Below the pieces are notes generated by a model. That model searched no databases. It was not told the DNA's origin and saw only the letters and a program-made list of their open reading frames with translations. From Promethearchaeota archaeon (GTDB taxonomy: Archaea > Asgardarchaeota > Lokiarchaeia > Sigyniarchaeales > SOKP01), in contig SHMW01000004.1 in assembly GCA_008080735.1 (NCBI GenBank), positions 32,001 through 96,000 of the forward strand: a stretch of 64,000 nt of DNA, given 5' to 3'. A program made the position numbers and the translations under genes. Shown one piece after another: positions 10,367-20,331 of the stretch. Position 1 is the first letter of the stretch; every line of letters starts with the position of its first letter.

Positions 10367-10648
10367 TCAGAAGAAAATAGATATGTGTTTATCTTTATTG
10401 ATTAAGTCCTTTTCAACAGTCATTTCTAGGGGTTCTTGATCTCTTCTTAAGGAAATATAATGTGTTTGGGCATCGACAATCTCGAGTTCCTTTCCCTCAA
10501 ATAACTGGACTAATTCCTCTAATTTATCTGCGTAAGTATCCAATTCTTTAGCTCAACCGAACAACGCGAGTTTAGCATTATCATCCGTATAACGGAGATG
10601 ATTCGCTAAATGATCACCTTGTTTCAGATGTAAAGATAAAGTATATTT
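10367..10648 (-). pseudogene. decayed paralog of the 11477..11797 hypothetical protein
   Basis: KYTLSLHLKQGDHLANHL..LALFG*AKEL aligns with EYSLFVHWKQGEHLAYYL..KAILDWDNN; TGA at 10553-10555 sits at the Trp position; no start codon of its own, in frame after the TAA of 10649..11128. Confidence 0.65.
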
Positions 10649-11128
10649 TTATTCAACAAATAAATCCTCTCTCTCATCCTTATCCAAGTAATTTTGTAAT
10701 TGTAAATGGATTAAGGCAGATGTTTTATCATAATCCTGTTCCTTAACAATTTTTCTGATTCTTTCGACTAAAAAAGGTTCGGTATATGCTCCAAATTTCC
10801 CTCTCATCATTAAACCAAACTCAGAGTCTATTATTGCATTTCTTTTACCTTTGTTCATTTTTGATAATTCGTTTATGAGGAATTTAATCATACTATATTT
10901 TTTAATAAGTGAAATCGAATCCTGTGTATCTAGGAAATCAATGAAAGAGATAGAATGTAAATCGAAAATAGTATCTAAATCTCTGTTTACAATTGCTAAT
11001 CCCAATCTTCTTAAATATTCAGACGATAATGACTCTCCAATACATCCAACAAACTCCGACTCCCAAAAACCATCTATAGGATCGTTATTTAGTGCTAAAA
11101 TGATATCAAAGAGTTTTCTATTAATCAT
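10649..11128 (-). CDS. hypothetical protein
   Basis: 159-aa ORF with protein-like composition, no recognised motif. Confidence 0.5.
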   Translation of the reverse strand: MINRKLFDIILALNNDPIDGFWESEFVGCIGESLSSEYLRRLGLAIVNRDLDTIFDLHSISFIDFLDTQDSISLIKKYSMIKFLINELSKMNKGKRNAIIDSEFGLMMRGKFGAYTEPFLVERIRKIVKEQDYDKTSALIHLQLQNYLDKDEREDLFVE

Positions 11129-11471
11129 CTTGAAAATATCTTTTCATTTTTCGTTCACCTAAATTTCTAATTATAGTTTCAAGAAGAATTTTATATTCAA
11201 AAGAATACCAGGAATGTAATTTATTTTCAAATTTATCTAAAAAGTTTTCTCTTAAATCATTAGTTTCAAAAATAGTCTCGATTGTGAGAATTAATATTTC
11301 ATTTTTAAGAGACTTATCCCTAATCTTATATCTACGAGAATATCCTTCTTTGTATTCTTCAAACGGTCATAGAGTTTCCCTAATCTCAAATAAAAAATCT
11401 ATTAATTCATCATTTTTTTCAATAGAATCCAATCTTTCTTGTAAAGCCTTTATACACAATTTAAAATTCAT
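11121..11471 (-). pseudogene. hypothetical ORF interrupted by one in-frame TGA
   Basis: MNFKLCIKALQERLDSIEK..EIRETL*PFEEYKEG..NLGERKMKRYFQDD*; TGA at 11367-11369; fills the gap between neighbouring ORFs. Confidence 0.45.
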
Positions 11472-11476
11472 TCATT

Positions 11477-11797
11477 TCAATCCTTTTCATACTTTTTGAT
11501 GACTAAATTTTGTTTAGCGGCATCTTCTAAGGCTTTTTCATCCCCCGCTAGTATTATGGAATGATCACTGCATAGGGATATTTTTAAGTTCTTATCCTTG
11601 AATAGTCCTAACAATTTTCTGATTTTATTTGCGCTTTTTCGGAAATTATTGTCCCAATCTAGTATTGCCTTTTTGGTATCATAATCGCGTTTTTCTAAAT
11701 AGTAGGCTAGGTGCTCTCCTTGTTTCCAGTGAACAAATAATGAATATTCTTCATTTTTGGAAGTTTCTTTGTTTTCCATATTTATCTTTTTTGACAT
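11477..11797 (-). CDS. hypothetical protein
   Basis: 106-aa ORF; the local degenerate paralog at 10367-10648 supports coding status. Confidence 0.65.
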   Translation of the reverse strand: MSKKINMENKETSKNEEYSLFVHWKQGEHLAYYLEKRDYDTKKAILDWDNNFRKSANKIRKLLGLFKDKNLKISLCSDHSIILAGDEKALEDAAKQNLVIKKYEKD

Positions 11798-11892
11798 TTA
11801 TTGAATTTTGTGTTATTAAATAATAAATTAACCCTAAATATTTGTTCCATTATTTAGAACCTTCATGATTATGTGAGAACCCTTTAAAAAAA

Positions 11893-12864
11893 TTATGTCT
11901 CGTTATTGTCAAAATAATCGGTAATTTTTCTCTGAGTGAATAAGAATATGATTTCATTTTTAATATCACTTATCCTTCCGGTAATTGTCTCCGTATTCCT
12001 TAGAATAATTCTAAAATGATTTATTCCTAATTTTCTTATAATTTCTGGAATTTCAATCTTTTCATGAATTTCTTCAGCTAAAAAGTGCAGGAACATTCGA
12101 ACTTTCGATCTTAGTGCTTCTTTTTCTTGTCTCCCAATATTAATTTCTCTACAATTATGTCTTAAAATATAATTAATAAATTCCATAACTCTAAAGTCTG
12201 TATCTTTTTCTTTTATCTTCCTTGAAATTATGAACTGTAAAAAGGAGTTAGTCAAAATAATGCCCGCATTTCTCTCAATATTTATTTTCCCATCCTTAGT
12301 TCCTGAAATGTCTAATATATCATCTAAAAGAAACGGAATGTAAACTTTTTCCCAAATATCATTCTGATTTGATATTTCCATCAAATTGTTTATATATTTA
12401 TGGTTTAAGGTTCCCTCTTTTACATTTAGCTCAAAAAACTTTTTGTTTTTTAAATCTATACAATATACATTTACTGGTTTTAAAATTGGAACAGTATCTA
12501 TTATTTTTAAAATAATATCTTCAGGTGAGTTATAAAATACATAATCTATGAAGACTTCTGCTTTAGAATTTACTGGAATTAGAGTGCTATCAAAATTCTT
12601 TACTTGAATTTGCAAATAGTTCTTATATTGAGGTTTTATGCTATTATTTATATCATTTTTTGAAAAAATGGTTCTTTTTTTAAATTCAAAAATTAAATAG
12701 AAATTAATCCCTTCGAGTTCATAATAACCTATAAAATCAGGTTTTACAGTACTTTCGTTACTTAATTCAATATCTAATTCAAAAACGCCCTTGATTAACC
12801 CTCCTACGGATTTCATCGCCGCTATAAGGAAATTGATGACTTTAGTTTGGTCCGACAATCTCAT
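11893..12864 (-). CDS. putative PD-(D/E)xK nuclease with C-terminal PIP box
   Basis: KPDFIG...IFEFKK motif; C-terminal QRKITDYF fits Qxx[ILM]xx[FY][FY]. Confidence 0.55.
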   Translation of the reverse strand: MRLSDQTKVINFLIAAMKSVGGLIKGVFELDIELSNESTVKPDFIGYYELEGINFYLIFEFKKRTIFSKNDINNSIKPQYKNYLQIQVKNFDSTLIPVNSKAEVFIDYVFYNSPEDIILKIIDTVPILKPVNVYCIDLKNKKFFELNVKEGTLNHKYINNLMEISNQNDIWEKVYIPFLLDDILDISGTKDGKINIERNAGIILTNSFLQFIISRKIKEKDTDFRVMEFINYILRHNCREINIGRQEKEALRSKVRMFLHFLAEEIHEKIEIPEIIRKLGINHFRIILRNTETITGRISDIKNEIIFLFTQRKITDYFDNNET

Positions 12865-12865
12865 A

Positions 12866-13942
12866 TTAATTCGCTAGGTTAATGTTTTCATTATCAACTT
12901 CTAATTCAATATTCGGGTCTAGGTGTGTTTGGAGATTAGAAAATAAACGCAATATGATGTTTCCACATGAATCACTATTTAAATTGATAAAAAGTTTATC
13001 CATGAAAATTTGTAATGTGAATCTTCCACCTGTATGTTCATCGATACAATTATATAATATAAAATCTTTCTCCCGAACTTGCTCAAAAATGATAATCTTA
13101 AATATTTTACGATTTTTCATTAATATCTTATAAATTTTTTGGGGATCTATTGCTGTCTTCAGTTGAATCCTATATAATTGACCTTTTAATTCACGCCAAT
13201 CCGTACGATAATTTTCTATTAATTCGATCTTTGAGTTATAATCATCTCTTATTAGTTCAATAAAGTCTAGATGTTTGTGAAAATCATATCCCTTATTGAT
13301 CGTGAACCTTCCATTTCTATAAAAATCTTCTTTTATAATTATTTCTTTATCGATATCTTCAAAAACGTAATTTAATGAATTAAAATTTATGGGTAAATTG
13401 ATATTGTCTATGAAATATTGCATACTATTAGCTTGCTTTGGCCATAACCTCATTGTGTAATTCAAAAGCTTTTCTTTTATGGGATCTCCCTCATCAAAGA
13501 AAAGTTGTTTAAATTTTATACTTACCCCCATTGAATCAGAACTATATATTTTCCAATATTTTGTAAGCATCTGATTTGTTAAATATATTCTATCTTGAAG
13601 ATAACTATTCCAAAATAAATCTTCAATTTTTGATTTTATTATTTTTTGAGATTCGATATTATGTAAAATCCAAAATCTATGGTTTGTAGTATCAGCATAT
13701 ATAAAATAATCTTCATTATTTGGTGATTTTATTAACACATTGAAAAAGTTTTCCTCTTTGGAAGGAATAATTGTAATCTTATCATACCTATTTCCAAATT
13801 CCTCAATAGAATCAAAATTCGACTCAATAATATTTCCTTTAATTTGATTTTGAATTCGTTCTTCATCTGAATATTCATTTTTTAGCACAGATTCAAAATA
13901 TTGGTACCAATCCGATTTGTATTCAAAAATCTTATCCATCAT
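12866..13942 (-). CDS. hypothetical protein, tightly coupled to the nuclease gene
   Basis: 358-aa ORF in very AT-rich DNA, 1-nt gap to the next ATG; C-terminal DEHTGG..SCGNIILRLFSNLQ. Confidence 0.7.
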   Translation of the reverse strand: MMDKIFEYKSDWYQYFESVLKNEYSDEERIQNQIKGNIIESNFDSIEEFGNRYDKITIIPSKEENFFNVLIKSPNNEDYFIYADTTNHRFWILHNIESQKIIKSKIEDLFWNSYLQDRIYLTNQMLTKYWKIYSSDSMGVSIKFKQLFFDEGDPIKEKLLNYTMRLWPKQANSMQYFIDNINLPINFNSLNYVFEDIDKEIIIKEDFYRNGRFTINKGYDFHKHLDFIELIRDDYNSKIELIENYRTDWRELKGQLYRIQLKTAIDPQKIYKILMKNRKIFKIIIFEQVREKDFILYNCIDEHTGGRFTLQIFMDKLFINLNSDSCGNIILRLFSNLQTHLDPNIELEVDNENINLAN

Positions 13943-14189
13943 AAATTTTAAATTTTGTTATTTTTGATCATTTAAAAGGATCTTTTCTATTTAGATATTG
14001 AGGGTGTAATAAGATATGAATTTATTATTAGAAAAGAAGATTTTTATTATAAATATATATGAAAATTCAGAGGTATGTATAGTTATTTTTTAATTTTTCC
14101 CAAGGAAAACGAATTTTTCCTCCGCATCGATTAATTCATGTTCCATTCTTCCTTAGTGAAACTGGGCTGTTGCATTTTTCGCGCTCAAC

Positions 14190-14324
14190 CTATTCCATCA
14201 TCTTGTACAAGGAAACGCCCGGCATGGTAGCTGCTTCAGCCAAGCTCACAAGACCTTTCTGATATAACATAACCGCTTCATTCATTTTACATTCTGAAAT
14301 TTGTTTAAGCAAGAATTTACGCAT
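14190..14324 (-). pseudogene. UPF0175-family (antitoxin-like HTH) remnant
   Basis: MRKFLLKQISECKMNEAVMLYQKGLVSLAEAATMPGVSLYKMME*; matches the AV.LY..G..SL..AA...G.S pattern; premature TAG followed by a decayed tail. Confidence 0.6.
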
Positions 14325-14700
14325 CTCTTTTATTTTTTATTCCTAATCTAAATTATACAATTTTTAAAACACAAAATCCAATTTATCTCTACGTATTAAC
14401 ATAATGTAATATTTTGTCTAATCTCTTGAAATAAAAAATCGGATAAATTAAAGTATTTGACGTTTCATCAGATAATAGAGTAAGAAGTTAAGAATTCCCC
14501 CAATAATCCCCGCATAAAAGCCCGTATCGAACCACCAATCGGTAGCATCAATTCCAATTTTTCTCATATTTTCGAATATAATCGTCGAAATATATTGATA
14601 ATTATGAAATCTCAGCAAAAAATACCCCATATTCTTTTATTATCACTATCTTTATATAGGTTTGAGAGTTTTATCATAATAAGACGTTCCACGCTAGGGG

Positions 14701-16440
14701 TTGGATTGTATGGTATTTCGGGAAAAACAATATGAAATGATTTTATCGCAGATCATCGATAAGTTCTCCAAAATTAATGGAGAAGCGGAAGAGAGACCTG
14801 AGAACAAAAAAATTTCCAAGAAATTAAACGAATTAAAACTGATTTTAAAATCCCTAAGAAATAATCCCGGGAAAAATCCATTAGAGGTAATTCAAACCAT
14901 TAAAAATAGAATAAACAACGACTCAATAATTCCACAATTATCCGGAAACGACTATTTTCAGTGGATCATAAATAATATGGATGATATCGTCTCAATTTTT
15001 GACAGTAATTTAAATTTAGAATTTATAAATAATGCTCAAGAGCGCTATTCTGGATTTACTAAAGAAGAAATTGTTGGAAAAAACACTGCTAGATATATTC
15101 ATCCCGATGACCAATTTAAAGTGCTTTCCGTGCTCAAAAATTCGTATAAGAAGGGTTATGGAGAAGCGGAATATCGTATGAGAACTAAGGAGGGGAAATA
15201 TGTGTGGTTACACGGTAAGGGACATTTGGTTAAAAAAGGTGGAAAAACCAAAATAATCATCATAGGAAGAGACATCACGCAGAGAAAGAAGTTGGAAAAC
15301 CAGTTAACGCATTGGAATAAGAAACTTGAAGAAAGGGTCGAAAGACGCACGAGGAGACTGAAAGAATCGCAAGAAAAATACAAGATCCTCACTGAAAACG
15401 TAAGTGATTTGATTATGAGTATTGATTCAAATCTTAATATAGACTACTTCAACCATCAAATTCATAAAGAAATATTAGGATATAAAGAAGACGAGTTAAT
15501 GAATGAACCAGTATCCAATATTCTACATCCAGAAGAATATCAAAAAGCTTTAGATACAGTTAAACAAACTTTTGAAAATGGTAGTGGTAAACTCGAATTT
15601 CGAGTCAAGCATAAGAATGGCAACTTTTTGTGGTTTGAGTCAAAAGCAAGGAGATATACTAATGAGGAGGGGGAGAGAAAAGTTATAGTCATATCTCGAG
15701 ATATAACCAAAAGAAGAGAGTTTGAGCACCAATTAAAAGAACTGAATAAACTGAAGTCAGATCTCCTCAGACGGGCTTCTCATGAATTAAAAACCCCTTT
15801 AGTCGCAATCAAAGGATATACGAATTTCCTATTGGAAAATTATAGCCAGTTTACGCATGATGATATAATTGATGTCTTGACTCAAATTCGCTCTGGTGCA
15901 GAGAGATTACAAGATCTCATCAATGAGATTTTAAAAGCATCTAAACTTGAATTAAAGGCAGATTCATTCCACCCAGAATATGAGGACCTTACATTTTTGA
16001 TACAGTTTGTTATTGATGAATTACAAGGATATATCCGCACTCGTCAGCATCAATTAGAGGTTAATCTTCACGAGGATTTAAGAGTAAAATGTGAAAAAGA
16101 AAAGATCTATGAGGTTTTTACAAATCTCTTATCAAATGCGATAAAATATACCCCGAAAAGGGGAAAAATCACGGTCAAATCACAAAAACTTGAAGATAAA
16201 ATTATTATAAGTGTCAAGGATACGGGTATTGGATTTACTCAAAACGAAAAGAAGCAAATATTTAAGAAATTTGGTAAGATTGAAAGATATGGGAATGGTT
16301 ATGATATAGAAATTGATGGTCATGGATTAGGCTTATATAATTCTAAGAAATTAATTGAATTACATGGCGGAGAATTATGGATGAAATCTCCTGGTAGAAA
16401 TAGAGGATCAACATTCTACTTTTCTCTACCGAGGAGCTGA
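14701..16440 (+). CDS. PAS/PAC sensor histidine kinase
   Basis: Two PAS-PAC repeats (IHPDD, LHPEE, RDIT), H-box ASHELKTPL, N-box NLLSNAIKY, DTGIG, GHGLGL. Confidence 0.95.
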   Translation: MDCMVFREKQYEMILSQIIDKFSKINGEAEERPENKKISKKLNELKLILKSLRNNPGKNPLEVIQTIKNRINNDSIIPQLSGNDYFQWIINNMDDIVSIFDSNLNLEFINNAQERYSGFTKEEIVGKNTARYIHPDDQFKVLSVLKNSYKKGYGEAEYRMRTKEGKYVWLHGKGHLVKKGGKTKIIIIGRDITQRKKLENQLTHWNKKLEERVERRTRRLKESQEKYKILTENVSDLIMSIDSNLNIDYFNHQIHKEILGYKEDELMNEPVSNILHPEEYQKALDTVKQTFENGSGKLEFRVKHKNGNFLWFESKARRYTNEEGERKVIVISRDITKRREFEHQLKELNKLKSDLLRRASHELKTPLVAIKGYTNFLLENYSQFTHDDIIDVLTQIRSGAERLQDLINEILKASKLELKADSFHPEYEDLTFLIQFVIDELQGYIRTRQHQLEVNLHEDLRVKCEKEKIYEVFTNLLSNAIKYTPKRGKITVKSQKLEDKIIISVKDTGIGFTQNEKKQIFKKFGKIERYGNGYDIEIDGHGLGLYNSKKLIELHGGELWMKSPGRNRGSTFYFSLPRS

Positions 16441-16557
16441 AATCTGTTTAATTTCAATTTTTTCTGTTTTCAGCCTTTTATAATATTCAATTTAGGTTTA
16501 TATATTTTCATTCCTTACCTAAAAAGGTGAAAATACTAAATTTTTCCTAAGAAGAAA

Positions 16558-18180
16558 ATGACCAAATCACAGTTTGATTGTATAATTATTGGGGGTGGTG
16601 CCACCGGAGCTGGTATAGCAAGGGATCTTAGCTTGAGAGGATTGAAAGTGTGTTTAGTGGAGAAGAAAGATCTAAGTGAAGGTACCACTGGTCGTTGTCA
16701 TGCGATGCTTCATTCTGGTGGGAGATATGTGTATAAGGATAAGGTTGCTGCCACCGAATGTGCCGAAGAAAGTGAAATTCTATTGAAAATTGCGCCCCAT
16801 ATCACTGAATTATGCGGAGGATATTTTGTTGCGGTAGATGACGAAGATGTAGAATATGGGAATATCTTTCGAGAAAGTTGTAAAAAGGCAAAGGTTTGGT
16901 GCGAGGAAATGTCTCCCCAAGAGTTTTTACAAGAGGAGCCGAAATGTAATGAAAATATAAAACGAGTATTTAAAGTTAAAGATGGATATATAGACCCATT
17001 CTTACTTACAATTTATAATGCCTATGACGCTAAACTTAACGGCGCGGAAATCCGTACATATTCAAAGGCAACTGACTTAATTTTCGAAAATGACAGAATA
17101 ATTGGAATAAAGGTTTTGGATAAGCTTCATAATACAACTTACGAACTTTATGGAAAAATCACGATTAATGCGACTGGGCCTTGGGCAGCATATTTAGAAA
17201 AAGACTTACAATTGGAAAAGAATTTAGAAATCGCGCCCACGATGGGCACTCTTTTAGTAATTAAGAATCGATTAGTTTCACACCTTATTAATCGTCTGCG
17301 AGAACCAGGCGACGGAGATATAATAGTTCCGAGTCATCAGTCCGTTATTTTAGGTACCACATCTAAACTTGTAGCTTTAGAAGAATTAGACAACTTACTC
17401 CCCGATAAAGAAGAGATAAAATATCTTTTGAATCTTGGAGAGTATTTAATCCCCTCTATTAAAGATCATCGAATAATTCGCTTCTATTCTGGTGCGCGAC
17501 CTCTCATAGCAAGCGGTGGTCCATTGCGAGAGGCTTCAAGAAAATTTGACATTATTGATTATAGCGATGAAGGATATGAAGGGTTGCTAACGATTTTTGG
17601 CGGAAAATTGACAACATATCGTCTCATGGCAGAAAAAACAGCTGATCTCATCTGCGAAAAACTCAATTATGAAGCGGAGTGTCAAACGGCTCAGAAACCA
17701 TTACCAGGAGGAGAGCAAAAGATAACTCAAAAAGTCTTCGAAAAGGAACTTAAAGTAGATGAGAAAACCGCATTTGATATGCAATATAAATGGGGTACAT
17801 ACTACAGCGATATTCTTTCTTTGTGTGAAACTTGTATGGATTCTTATACATCTCTTAATAAACCAAGAACCATCTGTGAATGTGAAAACGTGACAGAACC
17901 GGAGCTATCGTGGACAAATAAGAATTTAATGGTAAAAGTTATGGATGATTATCGTAGAAGAACTCGACAAGGAATGGGGCCTTGTCAAGGTCAATTTTGT
18001 TATTATAAATTGGCAAACTTGGAAGCAAAATGGACCGAAAAAAGTCACTCTCAAATCATGGAAGAATTAAAGACCGCACTCCAGAAAAGATGGAAAATAG
18101 AACCTTCCGCAAATGAATACCAACTTAGACAGATTAAACTAGCGAAATACGTGTATCTCTTAGGAGGGAATTTAAAATGA
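16558..18180 (+). CDS. glpA: anaerobic glycerol-3-phosphate dehydrogenase subunit A
   Basis: IIGGGATGAGIARDL, GTTGRCHAMLHSGGRY, GGKLTTYRLMAE, C-terminal CECE..RRRTRQGMGPCQG. Confidence 0.92.
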   Translation: MTKSQFDCIIIGGGATGAGIARDLSLRGLKVCLVEKKDLSEGTTGRCHAMLHSGGRYVYKDKVAATECAEESEILLKIAPHITELCGGYFVAVDDEDVEYGNIFRESCKKAKVWCEEMSPQEFLQEEPKCNENIKRVFKVKDGYIDPFLLTIYNAYDAKLNGAEIRTYSKATDLIFENDRIIGIKVLDKLHNTTYELYGKITINATGPWAAYLEKDLQLEKNLEIAPTMGTLLVIKNRLVSHLINRLREPGDGDIIVPSHQSVILGTTSKLVALEELDNLLPDKEEIKYLLNLGEYLIPSIKDHRIIRFYSGARPLIASGGPLREASRKFDIIDYSDEGYEGLLTIFGGKLTTYRLMAEKTADLICEKLNYEAECQTAQKPLPGGEQKITQKVFEKELKVDEKTAFDMQYKWGTYYSDILSLCETCMDSYTSLNKPRTICECENVTEPELSWTNKNLMVKVMDDYRRRTRQGMGPCQGQFCYYKLANLEAKWTEKSHSQIMEELKTALQKRWKIEPSANEYQLRQIKLAKYVYLLGGNLK

Positions 18181-19481
18181 ATAATGATGAAAACAGAAAG
18201 ATATTGGATGTATGTATTGTTGGAGATGGCTTTGCCGGACTCAATTGCGCCCGCCTATTAGCCAAAAAGAGTATAAAGTGTGAAATTTTTTCAAAAGGCT
18301 ATGGGGCTTCACAATTATGGGTTGGAACCTTCGATTTCTTAAATTATGAAGGAGGATCTCTTCAAAATGCTTATAGTAGATTTATTAATGATTTTCCTGA
18401 CCACCCTTATAAGTATTTATCTTATGATGAGGTAAAACAATCATTTAATGAATTTTTTCAAGAATTTCCGGGATTCAACTATTTTCTCGAGCATGACAAT
18501 TTTGTAAATAAACAGGTACTTACTCTAATTGGTAATTTAAAACCATGTATAGGAATATGGCATTCGATTTTCAATGAGTTTGATGAGTTATCTCCAGACA
18601 CTACAATTCTTTTAATAGATTTTCACGAGTTTAATAATAGTGCAATGTACTTGGTTAAAAAAGGATTGGAAAGTAAATATGAATCCATTTTTAGCATCGT
18701 CAAACTATCTTTCACGGAAGTATTGACATGTTGGGGAATTGGCAAAGATGATAAAGAGTTAGACAACTTAAGCGATTTTAGGATTGGGAATTTTTTTGAT
18801 TCTAATTATGAAAATCTTCGTCCTTTTTGTGAGTATCTTCAAGACCAAGTGAAAAAATCTTATCCTGACTTAGAACAAGGAAGGGTCAAATATATCCTAT
18901 TTCCTCCTATTCTTGGAATTGATAAAAACTCTCAGATCATAAAATCATTAGGGAAGCTTCTTGGGATTCCATGTCGAGAAGTCGTGGCATTTTCTCCATC
19001 TTTAATGTCTAAAAGGCTGATGAAAATATTTGATTCCAAAATAGATTCATATTCCATTACCCGTAATAAAAGATTGGAGCTAGTAGATTTAAAAATAGCA
19101 AAAAATGAGGGAAAAAGAGTGTGGCAGCTCATTTTTAAAAACTCTAAAGGTGATGAGAAGATAATTTTCTCAAACTATGTTATATTTGCAATAGGATCTG
19201 TTTTTAAGACGGGATTGTTTGAATCTAAGCATAATCTTGAGCTAAAGTTGAAAAATTTAGATATTCAAATTCCTAATAACTTTTCTTCGAATTTCGAGAT
19301 TCAATTCTCGAATGGAACAACAGAATCAGGACTTTTTGCTTGCGGTGCTGCTTCCTATGTATTGTGTGAGAATTTGGACGATGATCTTGAAATTAAATAC
19401 GGAGCGGGCTTGGGTCTCGCAATTTCTACTTCATTTAGAATTTCCAATTATATAAGCGATAAAGTACAAAAAGAATTTTAA
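18177..19481 (+). CDS. glpB: anaerobic glycerol-3-phosphate dehydrogenase subunit B (divergent)
   Basis: ATGA overlap with glpA, GDGFAG, TLIGNLKP, FPPILG, C-terminal FACGA..GAGLGLAIST. Confidence 0.75.
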   Translation: MNNDENRKILDVCIVGDGFAGLNCARLLAKKSIKCEIFSKGYGASQLWVGTFDFLNYEGGSLQNAYSRFINDFPDHPYKYLSYDEVKQSFNEFFQEFPGFNYFLEHDNFVNKQVLTLIGNLKPCIGIWHSIFNEFDELSPDTTILLIDFHEFNNSAMYLVKKGLESKYESIFSIVKLSFTEVLTCWGIGKDDKELDNLSDFRIGNFFDSNYENLRPFCEYLQDQVKKSYPDLEQGRVKYILFPPILGIDKNSQIIKSLGKLLGIPCREVVAFSPSLMSKRLMKIFDSKIDSYSITRNKRLELVDLKIAKNEGKRVWQLIFKNSKGDEKIIFSNYVIFAIGSVFKTGLFESKHNLELKLKNLDIQIPNNFSSNFEIQFSNGTTESGLFACGAASYVLCENLDDDLEIKYGAGLGLAISTSFRISNYISDKVQKEF

Positions 19482-19497
19482 AACGTATCTTTTTATC

Positions 19498-20298
19498 CTA
19501 TTTTACAATCCTTCTTTTGATCGCTATCTTATGCCCGATGTATGCTCCTCCAAGAGATGCGATGATAATAAAAGGCAAAAATGCTAAAATGATATAGATA
19601 AGCACCGGTTGCACAGACAAAAAGTACGTTATTATAATTATTATAAAATATATCAAGGCATTTATAAAGGATACTTTAAGATTCAGCGATAACAATCCTG
19701 AAATAAAATTTGCTATACCAAATACGATCACCAACTCCGCAAAAGAAAATAGGACTATCTGTGGTATCAAACGTGTTAAAATCTGCTCTATTGTAAAGAA
19801 GTTTGGATTTGGTGATAAAACTAAGTACTCTGTAGCAAAAATATTTAAAAGTGTAAACAAGATTGATAGTGGAGTTAATATAATCCAAGTCAATGCAAAG
19901 CGCACGGGAAGTGAATACGTGGTATAACGCTTCAGATTGGTTTGCAGTATCTCCTCGATATTACTCCTGTCTATCACTTCTAATTCATAATCAGGTGAAA
20001 ACTCATCAATAAAATCTTGTAATAAATCTTTTAAAAAGTTGCTAACCAATTCATTATTATCTTTTGAACTCACAATTGCCGCTCCGAAAATTTTTTCCTC
20101 TGGTTTTGGCTCGAGAATTAATTTATTATCCTCTCCAAGATCGACGAATTTAACCACGCTTTCAAGCGCTTCTCTGCTAAAATTCGCAACAGAGGCAAAA
20201 AAACCTATTAAAATATTATCATCATATGGTTGGTCCATAAAATTCTTCGAATATAAGAGAATGCCATTTCTTTTGAGTATATATACACTTTTTATCAT
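19498..20298 (-). CDS. longin-like N-terminal domain fused to a multi-TM membrane domain
   Basis: MIKSVYILKRNGILLYSKNF..LIGFFASVANFSRE pattern typical of longin-like domains; about 4 hydrophobic helices in the C-terminal half. Confidence 0.6.
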   Translation of the reverse strand: MIKSVYILKRNGILLYSKNFMDQPYDDNILIGFFASVANFSREALESVVKFVDLGEDNKLILEPKPEEKIFGAAIVSSKDNNELVSNFLKDLLQDFIDEFSPDYELEVIDRSNIEEILQTNLKRYTTYSLPVRFALTWIILTPLSILFTLLNIFATEYLVLSPNPNFFTIEQILTRLIPQIVLFSFAELVIVFGIANFISGLLSLNLKVSFINALIYFIIIIITYFLSVQPVLIYIILAFLPFIIIASLGGAYIGHKIAIKRRIVK

Positions 20299-20331
20299 TT
20301 TAATCCTCTTGAATATTTTTTAATGTTATTT

